64,000 nt of DNA from Candidatus Latescibacterota bacterium (GCA_964291625.2 OZ220089.1:2208001-2272000), one strand, 5' to 3'; shown: positions 1 to 10,493, counted from the first letter of the stretch. Notes: generated by a model from the sequence alone, not told the origin. Numbers and translations: made by a program.

Positions 1-833
1 TCGGGGGTACGGAGACGGAGATAGTGAGGACCGAGTACGAGGTAGATAGCGATTTCGTTGAAGTCTTGGGATTACGCATGGTTCAGGGACGATTTCTGAC
101 CAACGAGCCGGCCGATGCCACATCGGTCGTCATCAATGAGACCTTCATGCGCACGTTGGGCTTGGAAGAGCCTCTTGGAAACCCCCTGGGGCCCTGGGAT
201 ACGGACGAGCGCGTCGTGGGAGTGATCGAGGACTTCCACTTCGAAGGTCCGCGCCACAAGGTTGCACCCCTGGTCCTGGCACAACTCGATGAAGGGGTGG
301 CAGTCATTATCGTGCGGGTGCAATCCGGCCACCTCGCAGAAGCTCTCGAAGTGATTGACGACAAGTGGGCCGCCGCCGTTCCCTACCGCCCCATCCAGCG
401 CCATTCCCTGGAAGAGGTCGTCGCCGAACTCCACTCCGACGAACAGAGGGTGGGACGCACACTCACCCTCCTTCTCTTTGCGGCCCTCGCCGTCGCCTTG
501 GTAGGGCTCTTCGGTCTCGCTGCCCATGCCGCTCAAGCAAGAACCAGGGAGATCGGCATCCGCAAGGTGTTCGGTGCCTCCCCCGGCCGCGTCACCGCCA
601 TGCTGCTGGGCGACTTCGCCAGACCCGTCGCCATCGCCTTCCTCCTCAGCGTGCCAGTCGCTTACGGGTTGGCCGACCACTGGCTGCAGGACTATGCCTA
701 TCGCGTGGAAGTCGGCTTGGCCCTGTTCATGGTGTCGGGCGCACTGTCCTTCCTCATCGCCGGGCTGACGGTTGGCGGCCAGGCGATGCGAGCTGCCCTG
801 ACCAGCCCCGCAAGGACCCTGCACACGAAATAG
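1..833 (+). CDS. MacB/FtsX-family ABC permease, paralog 1 (5' end outside window)
   Basis: Frame open from window edge; VINET, VVGVIEDFHF, RTREIGIRKVFGAS and WLQDYAYR motifs with TM helices. Confidence 0.9.
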   Translation, partial: GGTETEIVRTEYEVDSDFVEVLGLRMVQGRFLTNEPADATSVVINETFMRTLGLEEPLGNPLGPWDTDERVVGVIEDFHFEGPRHKVAPLVLAQLDEGVAVIIVRVQSGHLAEALEVIDDKWAAAVPYRPIQRHSLEEVVAELHSDEQRVGRTLTLLLFAALAVALVGLFGLAAHAAQARTREIGIRKVFGASPGRVTAMLLGDFARPVAIAFLLSVPVAYGLADHWLQDYAYRVEVGLALFMVSGALSFLIAGLTVGGQAMRAALTSPARTLHTK

Positions 834-862
834 AGGGACGGATCCCGCCACCAAGGACAAGC

Positions 863-3235
863 ATGCTGAGAAGCTACCTGACAACGGCCCTTCGCCACCT
901 GTGGCGAGAGCGCGGCTACGCGGCGATCAACCTCTTCGGGCTGGCCGTCGGTTTGGCCCTCTGCCTGCTGGTTATCCAGTTGGCGGCCTACCAGCTCTCC
1001 GTGGGTGACTTCCACGACAAGAAGGACCGGGTATACCGCATACTGAAGGAAGCTGGGGGAAACAATACGCCGCGGCCTCTTGGGTCCGCCCTCAAGGAGC
1101 AAGTGCCCGAAGTCGAGGAAACAGTCCGACTTGTGTCGGATCATCGGGGTCTGTTCAGGGTTGGAGAAGAGAGCGCAATACAGGAGAAGGCTCTCTGGAC
1201 AGAATCCAGCGTGTTCGAAATGTTCAGTCTGCCGCTCCTGCGAGGCGACGCCAAGACCGCTTTGTCGCGCCCCTACACCATGGTGCTGACCGAACCACTG
1301 GCCCGTCGGCTCTTTGGAGAGAGCGATCCCATGGGCCAGGTCATCCGCTACAACCAGGACTTCGACTGTATCGTTACCGGCATCGTAGGAAGGCCACCTC
1401 CCACCTCATTGCTCCAGTTCTCGGCACTGCTCTCCTTGGCGACTGTGGACAAGGAGGGCCACCCAGTGCTGGCTGACGTTGCTCGCCTGGGCCCGCGGGG
1501 AGCTACCATCATGCCCTGGTCGTCGCTCTACGAAACCTTCGTACAGCTCCACTTCAGTGCAGATGCCGCTACGGTAGCCAAGCGCATTCCCGGCATCGTC
1601 AAGGATGCCGGGGGATTGCACGAAGACACCGACTCCTACGCCCTGCAGCCCCTCAAATCGATCTACTTCGACACGGAGATTGGCACCAGCATCGGCCCGA
1701 AAGGCAACCCCATGCACCTCGCCTTGTACGTCACCCTGGCCATGGTGCTCCTGACGGTCGCCGGGTTCAACTACGTGAACCTGGCGACGGCGCGTGCCCA
1801 GGGACGGCTGCAGGAAACAGGCATCCGCAAGGCCCTCGGCGCCCATCGCGGCCAGCTTGTGCGCCAACTCCTGTGCGAGTCGGTACTGCTCAGCCTCGGG
1901 GCCACCGTGCTTGGCGTTGCCATGGCAGAGACTGTGACCCCGTTCCTGCCGGCGATTGGAAGAGTTGACCTTGAATGGGCATCCAGCTGGACTCTCTCGA
2001 CCTGCGCCGGGGCTGCGGTGCTGGCGACCGCGGTCGGACTGGCGGCGGGTGCCTACCCGGCCTGGGTCGTGGCATGCTTTCAGCCGGCGGTCCTGGAGCG
2101 CGAGGGCCGTATCGGCGGCGCACGCCTGCGCCAGGGTCTGATCCTGGCGCAATTCACCGTTACTGCGACTTTATTGACGATGACGCTGCTGATATGGCAC
2201 CAGGTCAGTTTCATCCAGAGCATGTTCCGCGAGAACTCCGTCCTGGGACTGGAACCGGAACAGGTTGTCATTATCGACAACCGCCATAGAGAGGCCCTGA
2301 CCGCAGACCAGGCCCGCGCTTTCAAAGCTGAGTTGCTTCAAGACAGCCGTATCGCCGCGGTCATTCTCTCTACATCAGTGCCTGGTCAGGGTTACTCACG
2401 AAGGTCTACGTCAGGAGAAGGGAAAAGGGAGCTCCCCTCCTACTACTCCTATAGAGTAGATGGCGACTTCGCTGGAATCATGGGATTGCGCATGGTCCAG
2501 GGGCGCCCCCTGACCGACGAGCCGGCCGACGCCAAAGCGGTCGTGATAAATGAGACCGCCGTTCGCAGATGGGAATTGGAACAGCCCCTGGGAAGGACGA
2601 TTCCCCATGTCCGTATACGTGGCCGTGAATCGGATCGACGCGTCGTTGGGGTGATCGAGGACTTCCACTTCCAGGGTCCCGGCAACAAGATAGAACCATT
2701 GGTCATGAGACAGATTGACCGTTACGTGGGTGCCATCATCGTGCGAGTGCGCCCCGGGCACCTCGAAGAAGCCCTCCAAGTGATCGACGACAAGTGGATG
2801 GCCGCCGTACCGTACCTCCCCATCCGGCGTGAGTCCCTCGAAGAAGTGGTGGCGAGATTCCACTCCGCTGAACTGAAGATAGGACGCGCGCTCACTCTCC
2901 TCCTCTCTCTGACCATCGCCGTGGCCCTGGTAGGGCTCTTCGGTCTGGCCGCTCACGCCGCTCAAGCACGGACCAGAGAAGTTGGCATCCGCAAGGTGTT
3001 CGGTGCCTCCCCCGGCCGCATCACCGCCATGCTGCTAGGCGACTTCGCCAAGCCCGTGGCCATCGCTTTCCTCCTCAGCGTGCCAGTCGCTTACGGGTTG
3101 GCCGGCCACTGGCTGCAGGACTATGTCTATCGCGTCGAAGTCGGCGTGGCCCTGTTCATGGTGTCGGGCGCCCTGTGTTTCCTCATCGCCGGGCTGACGG
3201 TTGGCGGCCAGGACGCATGCCGAGAAGCTACCTGA
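863..3235 (+). CDS. MacB/FtsX-family duplicated ABC permease, paralog 2 (last few codons aberrant)
   Basis: ATG 863 (MLRSYLTTALRHL) after AAGGA; two MacB_PCD+FtsX halves (ETGIRKALGA, EVGIRKVFGA). Ends GGQDACREAT instead of paralog 1 GGQAMRAALTSPARTL, where it runs into the scrambled block. Confidence 0.88.
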   Translation: MLRSYLTTALRHLWRERGYAAINLFGLAVGLALCLLVIQLAAYQLSVGDFHDKKDRVYRILKEAGGNNTPRPLGSALKEQVPEVEETVRLVSDHRGLFRVGEESAIQEKALWTESSVFEMFSLPLLRGDAKTALSRPYTMVLTEPLARRLFGESDPMGQVIRYNQDFDCIVTGIVGRPPPTSLLQFSALLSLATVDKEGHPVLADVARLGPRGATIMPWSSLYETFVQLHFSADAATVAKRIPGIVKDAGGLHEDTDSYALQPLKSIYFDTEIGTSIGPKGNPMHLALYVTLAMVLLTVAGFNYVNLATARAQGRLQETGIRKALGAHRGQLVRQLLCESVLLSLGATVLGVAMAETVTPFLPAIGRVDLEWASSWTLSTCAGAAVLATAVGLAAGAYPAWVVACFQPAVLEREGRIGGARLRQGLILAQFTVTATLLTMTLLIWHQVSFIQSMFRENSVLGLEPEQVVIIDNRHREALTADQARAFKAELLQDSRIAAVILSTSVPGQGYSRRSTSGEGKRELPSYYSYRVDGDFAGIMGLRMVQGRPLTDEPADAKAVVINETAVRRWELEQPLGRTIPHVRIRGRESDRRVVGVIEDFHFQGPGNKIEPLVMRQIDRYVGAIIVRVRPGHLEEALQVIDDKWMAAVPYLPIRRESLEEVVARFHSAELKIGRALTLLLSLTIAVALVGLFGLAAHAAQARTREVGIRKVFGASPGRITAMLLGDFAKPVAIAFLLSVPVAYGLAGHWLQDYVYRVEVGVALFMVSGALCFLIAGLTVGGQDACREAT

Positions 3236-4300
3236 CGACCGCTTCGCCACCTGAAACAGGCATGCAAGGCCGGTGAGCGCGGCCAGCTTACGCCAACTCC
3301 TGGCGATCGGTACCTCACAGTCGGGCTGGCCGCTTCGGTGCCATGGCAGGCCCGTTCCTGCCCTGGTCATCCAGTTGGGCCCACCAGCTCTCGGTGGGCA
3401 CTTCCACGGGAAGAAGGACCGGGTATACCGCATAGTCCTGAAGGGAACATGGTGGATCCGGCAGGGCAATACCGTACCGCTACCTCTCGACGATCGCCCT
3501 CGAAGGAGCAATCCAGCCCGAAGTCGAGGAAGTAGGAACCCGCTCAGGAACCCCCGTTGGGCTAAGCCGCAGCCCTGGTTCAGGGTTGGACAACCGTATC
3601 GCCGAAGAGAACGGAATCAGGAGAAGGGCTCTCTCCTAGCCCATGCGTAGATGGCGACTTCGAGATCATGGGATTGCGCATGTTCAGTCGTGCCGCTCCT
3701 ACGCGCGGCCGACGCCTCCAGGACCGCCTTCGCAGGTGTCGGCGCCCCTACACCATGGTCGGGCGCGTCGTTGGGGTGACCGAACAAGACTGGCCCGGCG
3801 ATGCTCTTTGACCGTTACGTGAGAGAGCGATCCCATGGTATCTCGCCAGGAGGTCATCCGCATAGACAACGAAGAAGTACCCCCCCTTCCCTACAACGAA
3901 GCGCCACTGTATCGATGGCATCGTAGGAGAGCCACCTCCCACCTCATTGAGTTCTCGGCACTGCTCTCCTTGGGTGGAGAAGCCCCTGGAGGCGAAGTTC
4001 GTCTCCATGCCGCATGGGTCCGGAGTCGGCCGGGGGGTTGCCGGCACGCCCTGCAGTCGACCCGGAGATTGCATCGGCCCGCCAACATGCACCTCGCTTT
4101 GTGGGCCATGGTGCTCCGACGATCGCCGGCTACGTGACGGCCAGGCGTGCCTACGCAAGGCCCTCTTCCAGGTTCGCCAACTCCCAGTCGGACTGGTGCC
4201 AGCGGTTATGCAGGCTGGAGAAGGAGTCATCCGCACCGAGTGCTGACACCGCGGCGGGCGCCTACATCAGCCGGCTTCGAGCGTGGGGGCCGCTTGCGCC
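3210..4300 (+). other. Scrambled mosaic of permease fragments (probable assembly artefact or decayed permease copy)
   Basis: 10-50 nt pieces matching 861-1780 alternate with pieces matching 1810-3100; no coherent ORF. Confidence 0.75.
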
Positions 4301-4305
4301 AGGCT

Positions 4306-4713
4306 CAGGCCTACCACCTGATCGACGAGCAGACGGTCTACGAGAACCTGGAGATGCCCCTCCTCTACCAGAAGGTGAAGGGCTCCGAGCGCAAGGCGCG
4401 GGTGAGCGAGCTGCTCGACCGCTTCCAGATGGTGGCCAAGAAGGAGCTCTTCCCGCACCAGCTCTCCGGCGGCGAGCAGCAGCGCGTCGGCGTCGCCCGC
4501 GCCCTGATCGGCCAGCCCAGCCTGATCCTGGCCGACGAGCCCACGGGCAACCTCAACTCCCGGCAGGGAGAGGAGGTGATGGCCATGCTGCGGGAGCTGA
4601 ACGGCGAGGGCACGACGATCGTGCAGGTCACCCACTCGGAGAAGAACGCCGGCTACGGCAGCCGGGTGGTGCACCTGCTGGACGGCAAGGTGAAGGAGGA
4701 GGGCGAGTCATGA
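4306..4713 (+). pseudogene. MacB/LolD-type ABC ATPase, C-terminal half only (Walker A missing)
   Basis: [35 protein letters not shown] and VTH motifs; sequence upstream is the scrambled block, so the gene may be intact in the real genome. Confidence 0.8.
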
Positions 4714-5567
4714 GCCGTCCCATGCCCCTCGCGGCAGCGCTGCTGTTGCTCGCGTCCCTCCCGGCCGCGGCGGCCGACTCGACGGAACTCTCCTACGAGG
4801 TCCGCTTCACCGAGGAGGAGATGACCCTGGACGGACAGGCCCTCGAGAAGAGCTGGGCCCTGGCTCCGGCCATCGAGCTGACCGACCGGCACTACCCCGG
4901 CCTGATGGCGATCGACTCCGTGAGCACGCAGGTGAAGGCCCTGTGGAACGACAAGGGGCTGCTGGTCCTCTACCACTGCCTGGACGCGGACATCCAGGCC
5001 ACCGTCACCGGGCGCGACGGGCGCGTGTACATCGACGACACCGTGGAGCTGTTCCTCGACCCGGACATGGACGGCGCGAACTACCTCCAGGTGGCGGTCA
5101 ATCCCCGCAGCGCGAGGAGGGACCTCCTCGTCCCCGAAGCAGGCGGCCGGACCTCCACGCGCAAGTGGGATTCCGGCCTCCTGTGCGCGGTCACCGGAGA
5201 GCGCACCGTCCTGGACCGGTCGGACCGGGACGAGTGGTGGACGGTGGAGATGTTCCTTCCCTGGAGCGGCCTGGGCAGGAAGGCCCTGGAGTTGCGTTGG
5301 GAGAGGGATGGCGTCAGCCACGAGGTGGACGCGAGGGACGTGCTGGGCGAACGGGCGGTCCCTCCCAAGGCCGGCGACAGGTGGAAGGCCAACTTCAATC
5401 GCTTCGACCAGGGCCGGGGAGAGGCCAAGGTGATCACCGATGACGAGGGGGGCCAGATCGGGTACAAGGACGGAGACGTGGCCAGCGGGTGGGGGGTCTC
5501 CCCCACCTCGGGATCCTTCCACGAACCGGAGTACTGGGGAGTACTGGTATTCGTCAAGGAGGAATAG
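4710..5567 (+). CDS. Secreted CBM9-like (DOMON-type) carbohydrate-binding protein
   Basis: ATGA overlap with ATPase stop; signal peptide (LAAALLLLASLPAAAA); LDG..W, KALW, DDTVELFLDP, VNP, W.VEM.LPW, WKANFNR and FHEPEYWG motifs. Confidence 0.75.
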   Translation: MSRPMPLAAALLLLASLPAAAADSTELSYEVRFTEEEMTLDGQALEKSWALAPAIELTDRHYPGLMAIDSVSTQVKALWNDKGLLVLYHCLDADIQATVTGRDGRVYIDDTVELFLDPDMDGANYLQVAVNPRSARRDLLVPEAGGRTSTRKWDSGLLCAVTGERTVLDRSDRDEWWTVEMFLPWSGLGRKALELRWERDGVSHEVDARDVLGERAVPPKAGDRWKANFNRFDQGRGEAKVITDDEGGQIGYKDGDVASGWGVSPTSGSFHEPEYWGVLVFVKEE

Positions 5568-5569
5568 CC

Positions 5570-8035
5570 ATGCTGCGCAACCAATGGATCATCGCCTGGC
5601 GCAACCTGATGCGCCACCGCCTGCATACGGCCATCAACCTCGCCGGCCTCGGCCTGGGCATGGCCTTCTGCCTCCTCGCCTGGCGCTTCGCCTCCCAGGA
5701 GTGGTCCTTCGACCGCTTCCACGGCAAGGGCGACCGGATCTACCGCGTCTACATGGAGATCACCCTGCCGGAGATGGGGAAGATCGCCTCGGCCGACATG
5801 ATCGAGCTGGCCTTCTCCCCCGAGCTGGAGGCCCTCTCGCCCCTCGTGGAGCGGACCGTCCGCCTCAGCTCGGGTGAGGGGAGCGACAAGAGCGACCGCT
5901 TCGTGCGCACCACCTTCGGCGGCGCCTCCAGCGACGAGGAGATCCTCCTCGTCGATCCCTCCTTCTTCGAGGTCTTCGACTTCCCCCTGCGGCTGGGCGA
6001 CGCGGCCACGGCGCTAACGGATCGCAACTCGGTCGTCCTCGGCCACGAGATGGCCCAACGGCTCTTCGGCGGCGCCGATCCGCTGGGGCAGAGCCTCAGC
6101 CTGGTCTCTCCGGACTGGGACAGAGCCGAGGACTACACCATCACCGGCGTGGCGGCACCGGTCCCGCGCACCTCGTCGATCCGCTTCAACATGCTGCTGC
6201 CCTTCGACAACTCGGAGTTCCTCTTCATGGACTCCCCGGACGAGTGGGAGGGCACCTGCAACGCCTACGTCCTCCTGAAGCCGGGCGCCGACCCCGCCGA
6301 CTTGGCGCCGGCCCTCGCGCAGCTCGGCCAGACCTGGCTGCGAATCCACGAGGACGACCTGCCGGCCGACTTCCCGGAGGACGCCTCGCCCTACCGCCTG
6401 CAGCCACTCACCGGCCTGCGCTCCGACACCGGCCTGCTGCGATGGGTCGGCCACGGCGTCGTGGAGCCGAGGGACCCCTACGTCTCCTACATCCTCGGCA
6501 GCATCGCCCTGGCGGTCCTGCTGATGGGGTGCATCAACTTCGTCAACCTCGCCATCGGCCGGGCCTCGCTGCGGGCGGCCGAGGTGGGCGTGCGCAAGGC
6601 GGTGGGCGCCGGCCGCGGCCACCTGATGCGCCAGTTCGTCGGCGAGGCGGCGGTGCTCTCCGTCCTCGGGCTGGGCGCCGGCTGCGGCCTCGCCGAGCTG
6701 CTCCGGCCGGCCTTCAACGCCACCTTCTCCCAGGAGCTGTCCCTCGGTCTGACCCAGCCGGGCACCCTCGGCGCGCTGGCGGCCCTGCTGGTGCTCGTCA
6801 GCCTCGGGGCCGGGTGGTATCCGGCCCTCGTCCTCTCGCGCCTGGCGCCGATGAGCGCCATCCGGCGCAGCCTGTCCACCTCCGGGATCACCCGCATCAG
6901 CCGCGTCCTCGTGGGCGTGCAGCTGGCCATCTCCGTGGCCCTCATCACCTGCACCCTGATCATGTACCACCAGCTCGACCACGTCATGGCCCGCGACATG
7001 GGACTCGACCAGGAGCGCGTCATCGCCGTCCACACGGAGCCCGTCAACCACTTCGATCAGATCCGGCTCGTGGAGCCGATGCTGAACCACCACCGCATCG
7101 CCTCCATCACCCTGTCGGACGACGACTTCCTGCGGGACGAGTATCCCTCCGACTACCGGGTCGTGACCCTCGAGGGCCGCGAGTCGAAGACCCGCCGCTA
7201 CATGGTCGACCACCAGTTCGTGAAGACCATGGGCCTGGAGGTGATCCAGGGCCGCGACTTCTCGCAGGCCAAGGGGGACAAGGAGAGCGTGGTCCTCATC
7301 TCCGAGAGCGCCGTCGCCCCCCTCGGACTCGCCGACCCCGTGGGCGAGACGGTCGAGCTGATGCGCGTCTCCCCCTCGGGCCGCAAGTCCCGGGGCCACT
7401 ACCGCATCGTCGGCGTGGTCAAGGACTTCACCTTCGAGTCGGGCTACGAAGAGGCCCCGCCGGGCCTGCTGGCGCTCCATCCCGGCCTGCCCGGCGAAGG
7501 GGAGCTCATGCTCGTGCGCGTCAAGCCGGGCGACCTGCAGGAGGTCCTTCAGCACCTGCGGCAGGCGTGGAGCGGCGTCGTCGACTACACCGACTTCGAC
7601 TTCTCCTTCCTGCAGCAGGACCTGGAGGCCGCCTACCGCGACGAGCTGCGCTGGCGCCGCGTCATCACCTGGGCCGCCGCCGGCGCCGTCCTCATCTCCG
7701 CCCTCGGCGCCTTCGCCCTCACCGCCCTCGCCGTCGGACGCCGCACCAAGGAGATCGGCATCCGCAAGGCCCTCGGCGCCACCGTCGTCGGCCTCACCGC
7801 CCTCATGGCCCGCGAGTTCGCCTGGCTCGGCCTCCTCGGCGCCGCCGCCGCCTGCCCCCTCGCCGGGTGGTGGATGCGCGACTGGCTCGACGGCTTCGCC
7901 TTCCGCATCGACCTGGCCCCCTGGCACTTCGCCGCCGGGACCGCCATCGCGTTGGTCGCGGTCCTGGTCAGCGCCGGGCACCAAGCCTGGCGGGCGGCCC
8001 GGGCCGACCCGGTGCGGGCCCTGCGATACGAGTGA
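5570..8035 (+). CDS. MacB/FtsX-family duplicated ABC permease, paralog 3
   Basis: GGAGG then ATG 5570 (MLRNQWIIAWRNL); CINFVNL, EVGVRKAVGA, EIGIRKALGA; ends DPVRALRYE. Confidence 0.92.
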   Translation: MLRNQWIIAWRNLMRHRLHTAINLAGLGLGMAFCLLAWRFASQEWSFDRFHGKGDRIYRVYMEITLPEMGKIASADMIELAFSPELEALSPLVERTVRLSSGEGSDKSDRFVRTTFGGASSDEEILLVDPSFFEVFDFPLRLGDAATALTDRNSVVLGHEMAQRLFGGADPLGQSLSLVSPDWDRAEDYTITGVAAPVPRTSSIRFNMLLPFDNSEFLFMDSPDEWEGTCNAYVLLKPGADPADLAPALAQLGQTWLRIHEDDLPADFPEDASPYRLQPLTGLRSDTGLLRWVGHGVVEPRDPYVSYILGSIALAVLLMGCINFVNLAIGRASLRAAEVGVRKAVGAGRGHLMRQFVGEAAVLSVLGLGAGCGLAELLRPAFNATFSQELSLGLTQPGTLGALAALLVLVSLGAGWYPALVLSRLAPMSAIRRSLSTSGITRISRVLVGVQLAISVALITCTLIMYHQLDHVMARDMGLDQERVIAVHTEPVNHFDQIRLVEPMLNHHRIASITLSDDDFLRDEYPSDYRVVTLEGRESKTRRYMVDHQFVKTMGLEVIQGRDFSQAKGDKESVVLISESAVAPLGLADPVGETVELMRVSPSGRKSRGHYRIVGVVKDFTFESGYEEAPPGLLALHPGLPGEGELMLVRVKPGDLQEVLQHLRQAWSGVVDYTDFDFSFLQQDLEAAYRDELRWRRVITWAAAGAVLISALGAFALTALAVGRRTKEIGIRKALGATVVGLTALMAREFAWLGLLGAAAACPLAGWWMRDWLDGFAFRIDLAPWHFAAGTAIALVAVLVSAGHQAWRAARADPVRALRYE
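7601..8035 (+). repeat. Near-identical 3' block shared with 14963-15397
   Basis: About 435 nt with only scattered substitutions between the two permease 3' ends (visual comparison). Confidence 0.9.
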
Positions 8036-8045
8036 GGAAACCAAG

Positions 8046-10487
8046 ATGCTGCGATTCTATCTGCTCGTTGCCCTCCGAACGCTGCGGCGGCACAAGAGCC
8101 ACAGTTTCATCAACCTCTTCGGCCTGAGCATCGGCGTCGCCTGCTGCGTCCTGATCTACCTGTACGTCGACCACGAGTTGCGCCACGACGCCTTTCACGA
8201 GAAGGGCGAACGGGTATACAGGCTTCTGCTCGAGGACGGGGAAGAGAGGGAGACCGGCACGCTCTTCCCCGGTGCCATGACGCAACCGGTCGCCGAGAGC
8301 ATACCCGGTGTGAGGGTGGCGGCCTTCATCCGCTCCACGGCGCGGGTGCGATGGCAGGACTCGGTGCTGGACGAGCAGATCGGTCTGGTGAGCCCGGACT
8401 TCCTCGAGGTCTTCACCTTTCCCCTCCTGCACGGTGATCCCCGAACAGCCGTGGAGAGTCGGGATGCGGTCGTGATCACCCGAACCGCGGCGGCGCGACT
8501 CTTCGGCGAGCATGGAGCAGGACTCTCCGACGTCATCGGTCGAACCATCTCGGTGAAAGACAGGGACCACATCGTCACCGGTGTTCTCGAGGACGTGCCG
8601 CCGGCCTCAAGCCTGCGCTTCGACTATCTCGTCTCCTACGAGAATCGCCGGAGTTACTCCCTCCATAGAAACAATGTGGGAGAAACCTCGATCTTCGTCG
8701 AACTCGGGGAGGGGACCGATGTTCGGGGCGTCGAAGAGGCGTTGACCACGCTGACTCGAACACAGCTCATCTCCTTCATTCAGAGCGGATGGCCGGTCTC
8801 GGCGCCACCCGAACTCCTGTCACAGGCCCTGGGGGACCTCCGGGCCCGACTCACCGACGAGCGCCTGGGGGCGTATGCCGTCACTCTGCAGCCTCTCTCG
8901 AAGGTCCACCTCGACCGGGACGTCGACAGCCACTACGTCGTGCTGGGTAACTCGACCTACGCCTGGATGCTGTCGGGGATGGGTCTGGTGGTGCTCCTGG
9001 TGGCGTGCATCAATTTCACCACCCTGTCCATCGGCGTGTCGGCGGGCCGTGCGCTGGAAGTCGGCGTCCGCAAGGTCCTGGGAGGCCAGCGGAAGCAGTT
9101 GATCGGCCAGTTCTGGGGCGAGGCCCAACTGCTGGTACTCGGAGCGGCTGTCTGCGGAGTGGGCGTGGCAGCCTGGGCGTTGCCGGCCTTCGCTTCGCTG
9201 GTCGAGAAACCCCTGTCCATGGCGCAGTTGGAGGGCTGGCGAGGTCCCGCCTTCCTGCTCGCCATGCTCCTCGTGACAGGCGTGGCCGCCGGGTGCTACC
9301 CGGCGATCGTGCTGTCCCGGCCCCGGGCCGTGGCGGTGCTGAAGGGGAGGGGCGGCCGACCGCTTCGCAGGCGGTTCATGCAGTCCATGCTGCTCATCCA
9401 GTACGCCCTCGCCGTGGGGCTGATGGCCGCCGCCGTGATGGTCACCCGCCAGTGGGATTTCATGCGAACCGGCAATCTGGGCTTCGACCGCGAGCACGTG
9501 CTTGTCGTGGCGGTTCCTGGCGAGGACCAGGCAAGGCGCTTCCAGGAGGCGGCCAGCGGACTCAGCTCCGTGGTGAGCACGGGTGCGAGCGACCGCTCCT
9601 TCACCAGCGGCAGTCAATCGGTCGGGCTGAAGACTGGCGGATCGACTCACACCCCCATCCGGGTGATCCGCGTCGATCCCGGCTACCTGCCAACCCTCGG
9701 GATGGAGCTGGCGGCGGGAAGAAACTTCGACGAGGGGCGCGCCGCGGACGCCGTGGGAACGGCCATCATCAATGAGCGGTTCGCGGATCTCGTTGGATGG
9801 GCTGATCCGCTGGGGCGCACCCTTCCGATCTCGACAATCAACAACGAGCCGCAACCGACGGTGATCGGCGTCGTGAGGGACTTCCACTTCGACGCCCTGC
9901 ACCGGCCGATCCAGCCGCTCTTCCTGACCCAGAACCCGGCCTACCACGGGTTGTACCATGTCTTTGTACGTCTCCATCCCGGGGCTCCAGAGCAGATGCT
10001 GGGAGAACTCCAGGAAGTCTGGAACAGGGTGGTTCCCGAGGAGCCTTTCCAGTGGTCCTTCCTCGATGCGAACCTCCAAGCCCAATACAGGGAGGAGCAA
10101 CGCTGGACGAGAATCCTCGGTCTCTCTGCCGGCTTCGTGATCGTGATCACCTGCCTGGGCCTTCTGGGTCAGGTGACGATGGCGGTGGCCCGGCGGACCA
10201 AGGAGATCGGCATCCGCAAGGTGCTGGGGGCGACGGTCCCCCAGGTCGTCAGGCTGATGGCGGCGGAATCGACGGCCCTCCTGGTTCTTGCCAGCACCCT
10301 GAGCTGGCCGCTGAGCTACATGGCGCTGCGCACCTGGCTCGAGAACTTCCCCTATCGGATCGACCTGGCTCCGTGGGTCTTCGCTCTCTCCACCGGGGCC
10401 GTGATGACCCTGACCCTGGCGCTCGTGGCCCTGGCATCGGCCGGCGCGGCCCGGCGCCCCCCGGCGGACTGTCTGCGATACGAGTGA
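8046..10487 (+). CDS. MacB/FtsX-family duplicated ABC permease, paralog 4
   Basis: 813 aa; MLRFYLLVALRTL, ACINFTTL, EVGVRKVLG, DFHFDALH, EIGIRKVLGA, LRYE. Confidence 0.92.
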   Translation: MLRFYLLVALRTLRRHKSHSFINLFGLSIGVACCVLIYLYVDHELRHDAFHEKGERVYRLLLEDGEERETGTLFPGAMTQPVAESIPGVRVAAFIRSTARVRWQDSVLDEQIGLVSPDFLEVFTFPLLHGDPRTAVESRDAVVITRTAAARLFGEHGAGLSDVIGRTISVKDRDHIVTGVLEDVPPASSLRFDYLVSYENRRSYSLHRNNVGETSIFVELGEGTDVRGVEEALTTLTRTQLISFIQSGWPVSAPPELLSQALGDLRARLTDERLGAYAVTLQPLSKVHLDRDVDSHYVVLGNSTYAWMLSGMGLVVLLVACINFTTLSIGVSAGRALEVGVRKVLGGQRKQLIGQFWGEAQLLVLGAAVCGVGVAAWALPAFASLVEKPLSMAQLEGWRGPAFLLAMLLVTGVAAGCYPAIVLSRPRAVAVLKGRGGRPLRRRFMQSMLLIQYALAVGLMAAAVMVTRQWDFMRTGNLGFDREHVLVVAVPGEDQARRFQEAASGLSSVVSTGASDRSFTSGSQSVGLKTGGSTHTPIRVIRVDPGYLPTLGMELAAGRNFDEGRAADAVGTAIINERFADLVGWADPLGRTLPISTINNEPQPTVIGVVRDFHFDALHRPIQPLFLTQNPAYHGLYHVFVRLHPGAPEQMLGELQEVWNRVVPEEPFQWSFLDANLQAQYREEQRWTRILGLSAGFVIVITCLGLLGQVTMAVARRTKEIGIRKVLGATVPQVVRLMAAESTALLVLASTLSWPLSYMALRTWLENFPYRIDLAPWVFALSTGAVMTLTLALVALASAGAARRPPADCLRYE

Positions 10488-10493
10488 AGCCGA

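Noticed and set aside
3210-4300. Diversity-generating retroelement template or silent variation cassette
   Set aside because: Differences are indels and interleaving rather than adenine-specific substitutions, and no reverse transcriptase or recombinase is in the window
6014-8044. Long antisense or alternate-frame ORFs (also 13565-15424, 15742-18012, 41379-44438, 50774-53488, 57136-59385)
   Set aside because: Shadows of real genes in high-GC DNA, with no motifs and opposite well-supported CDSs
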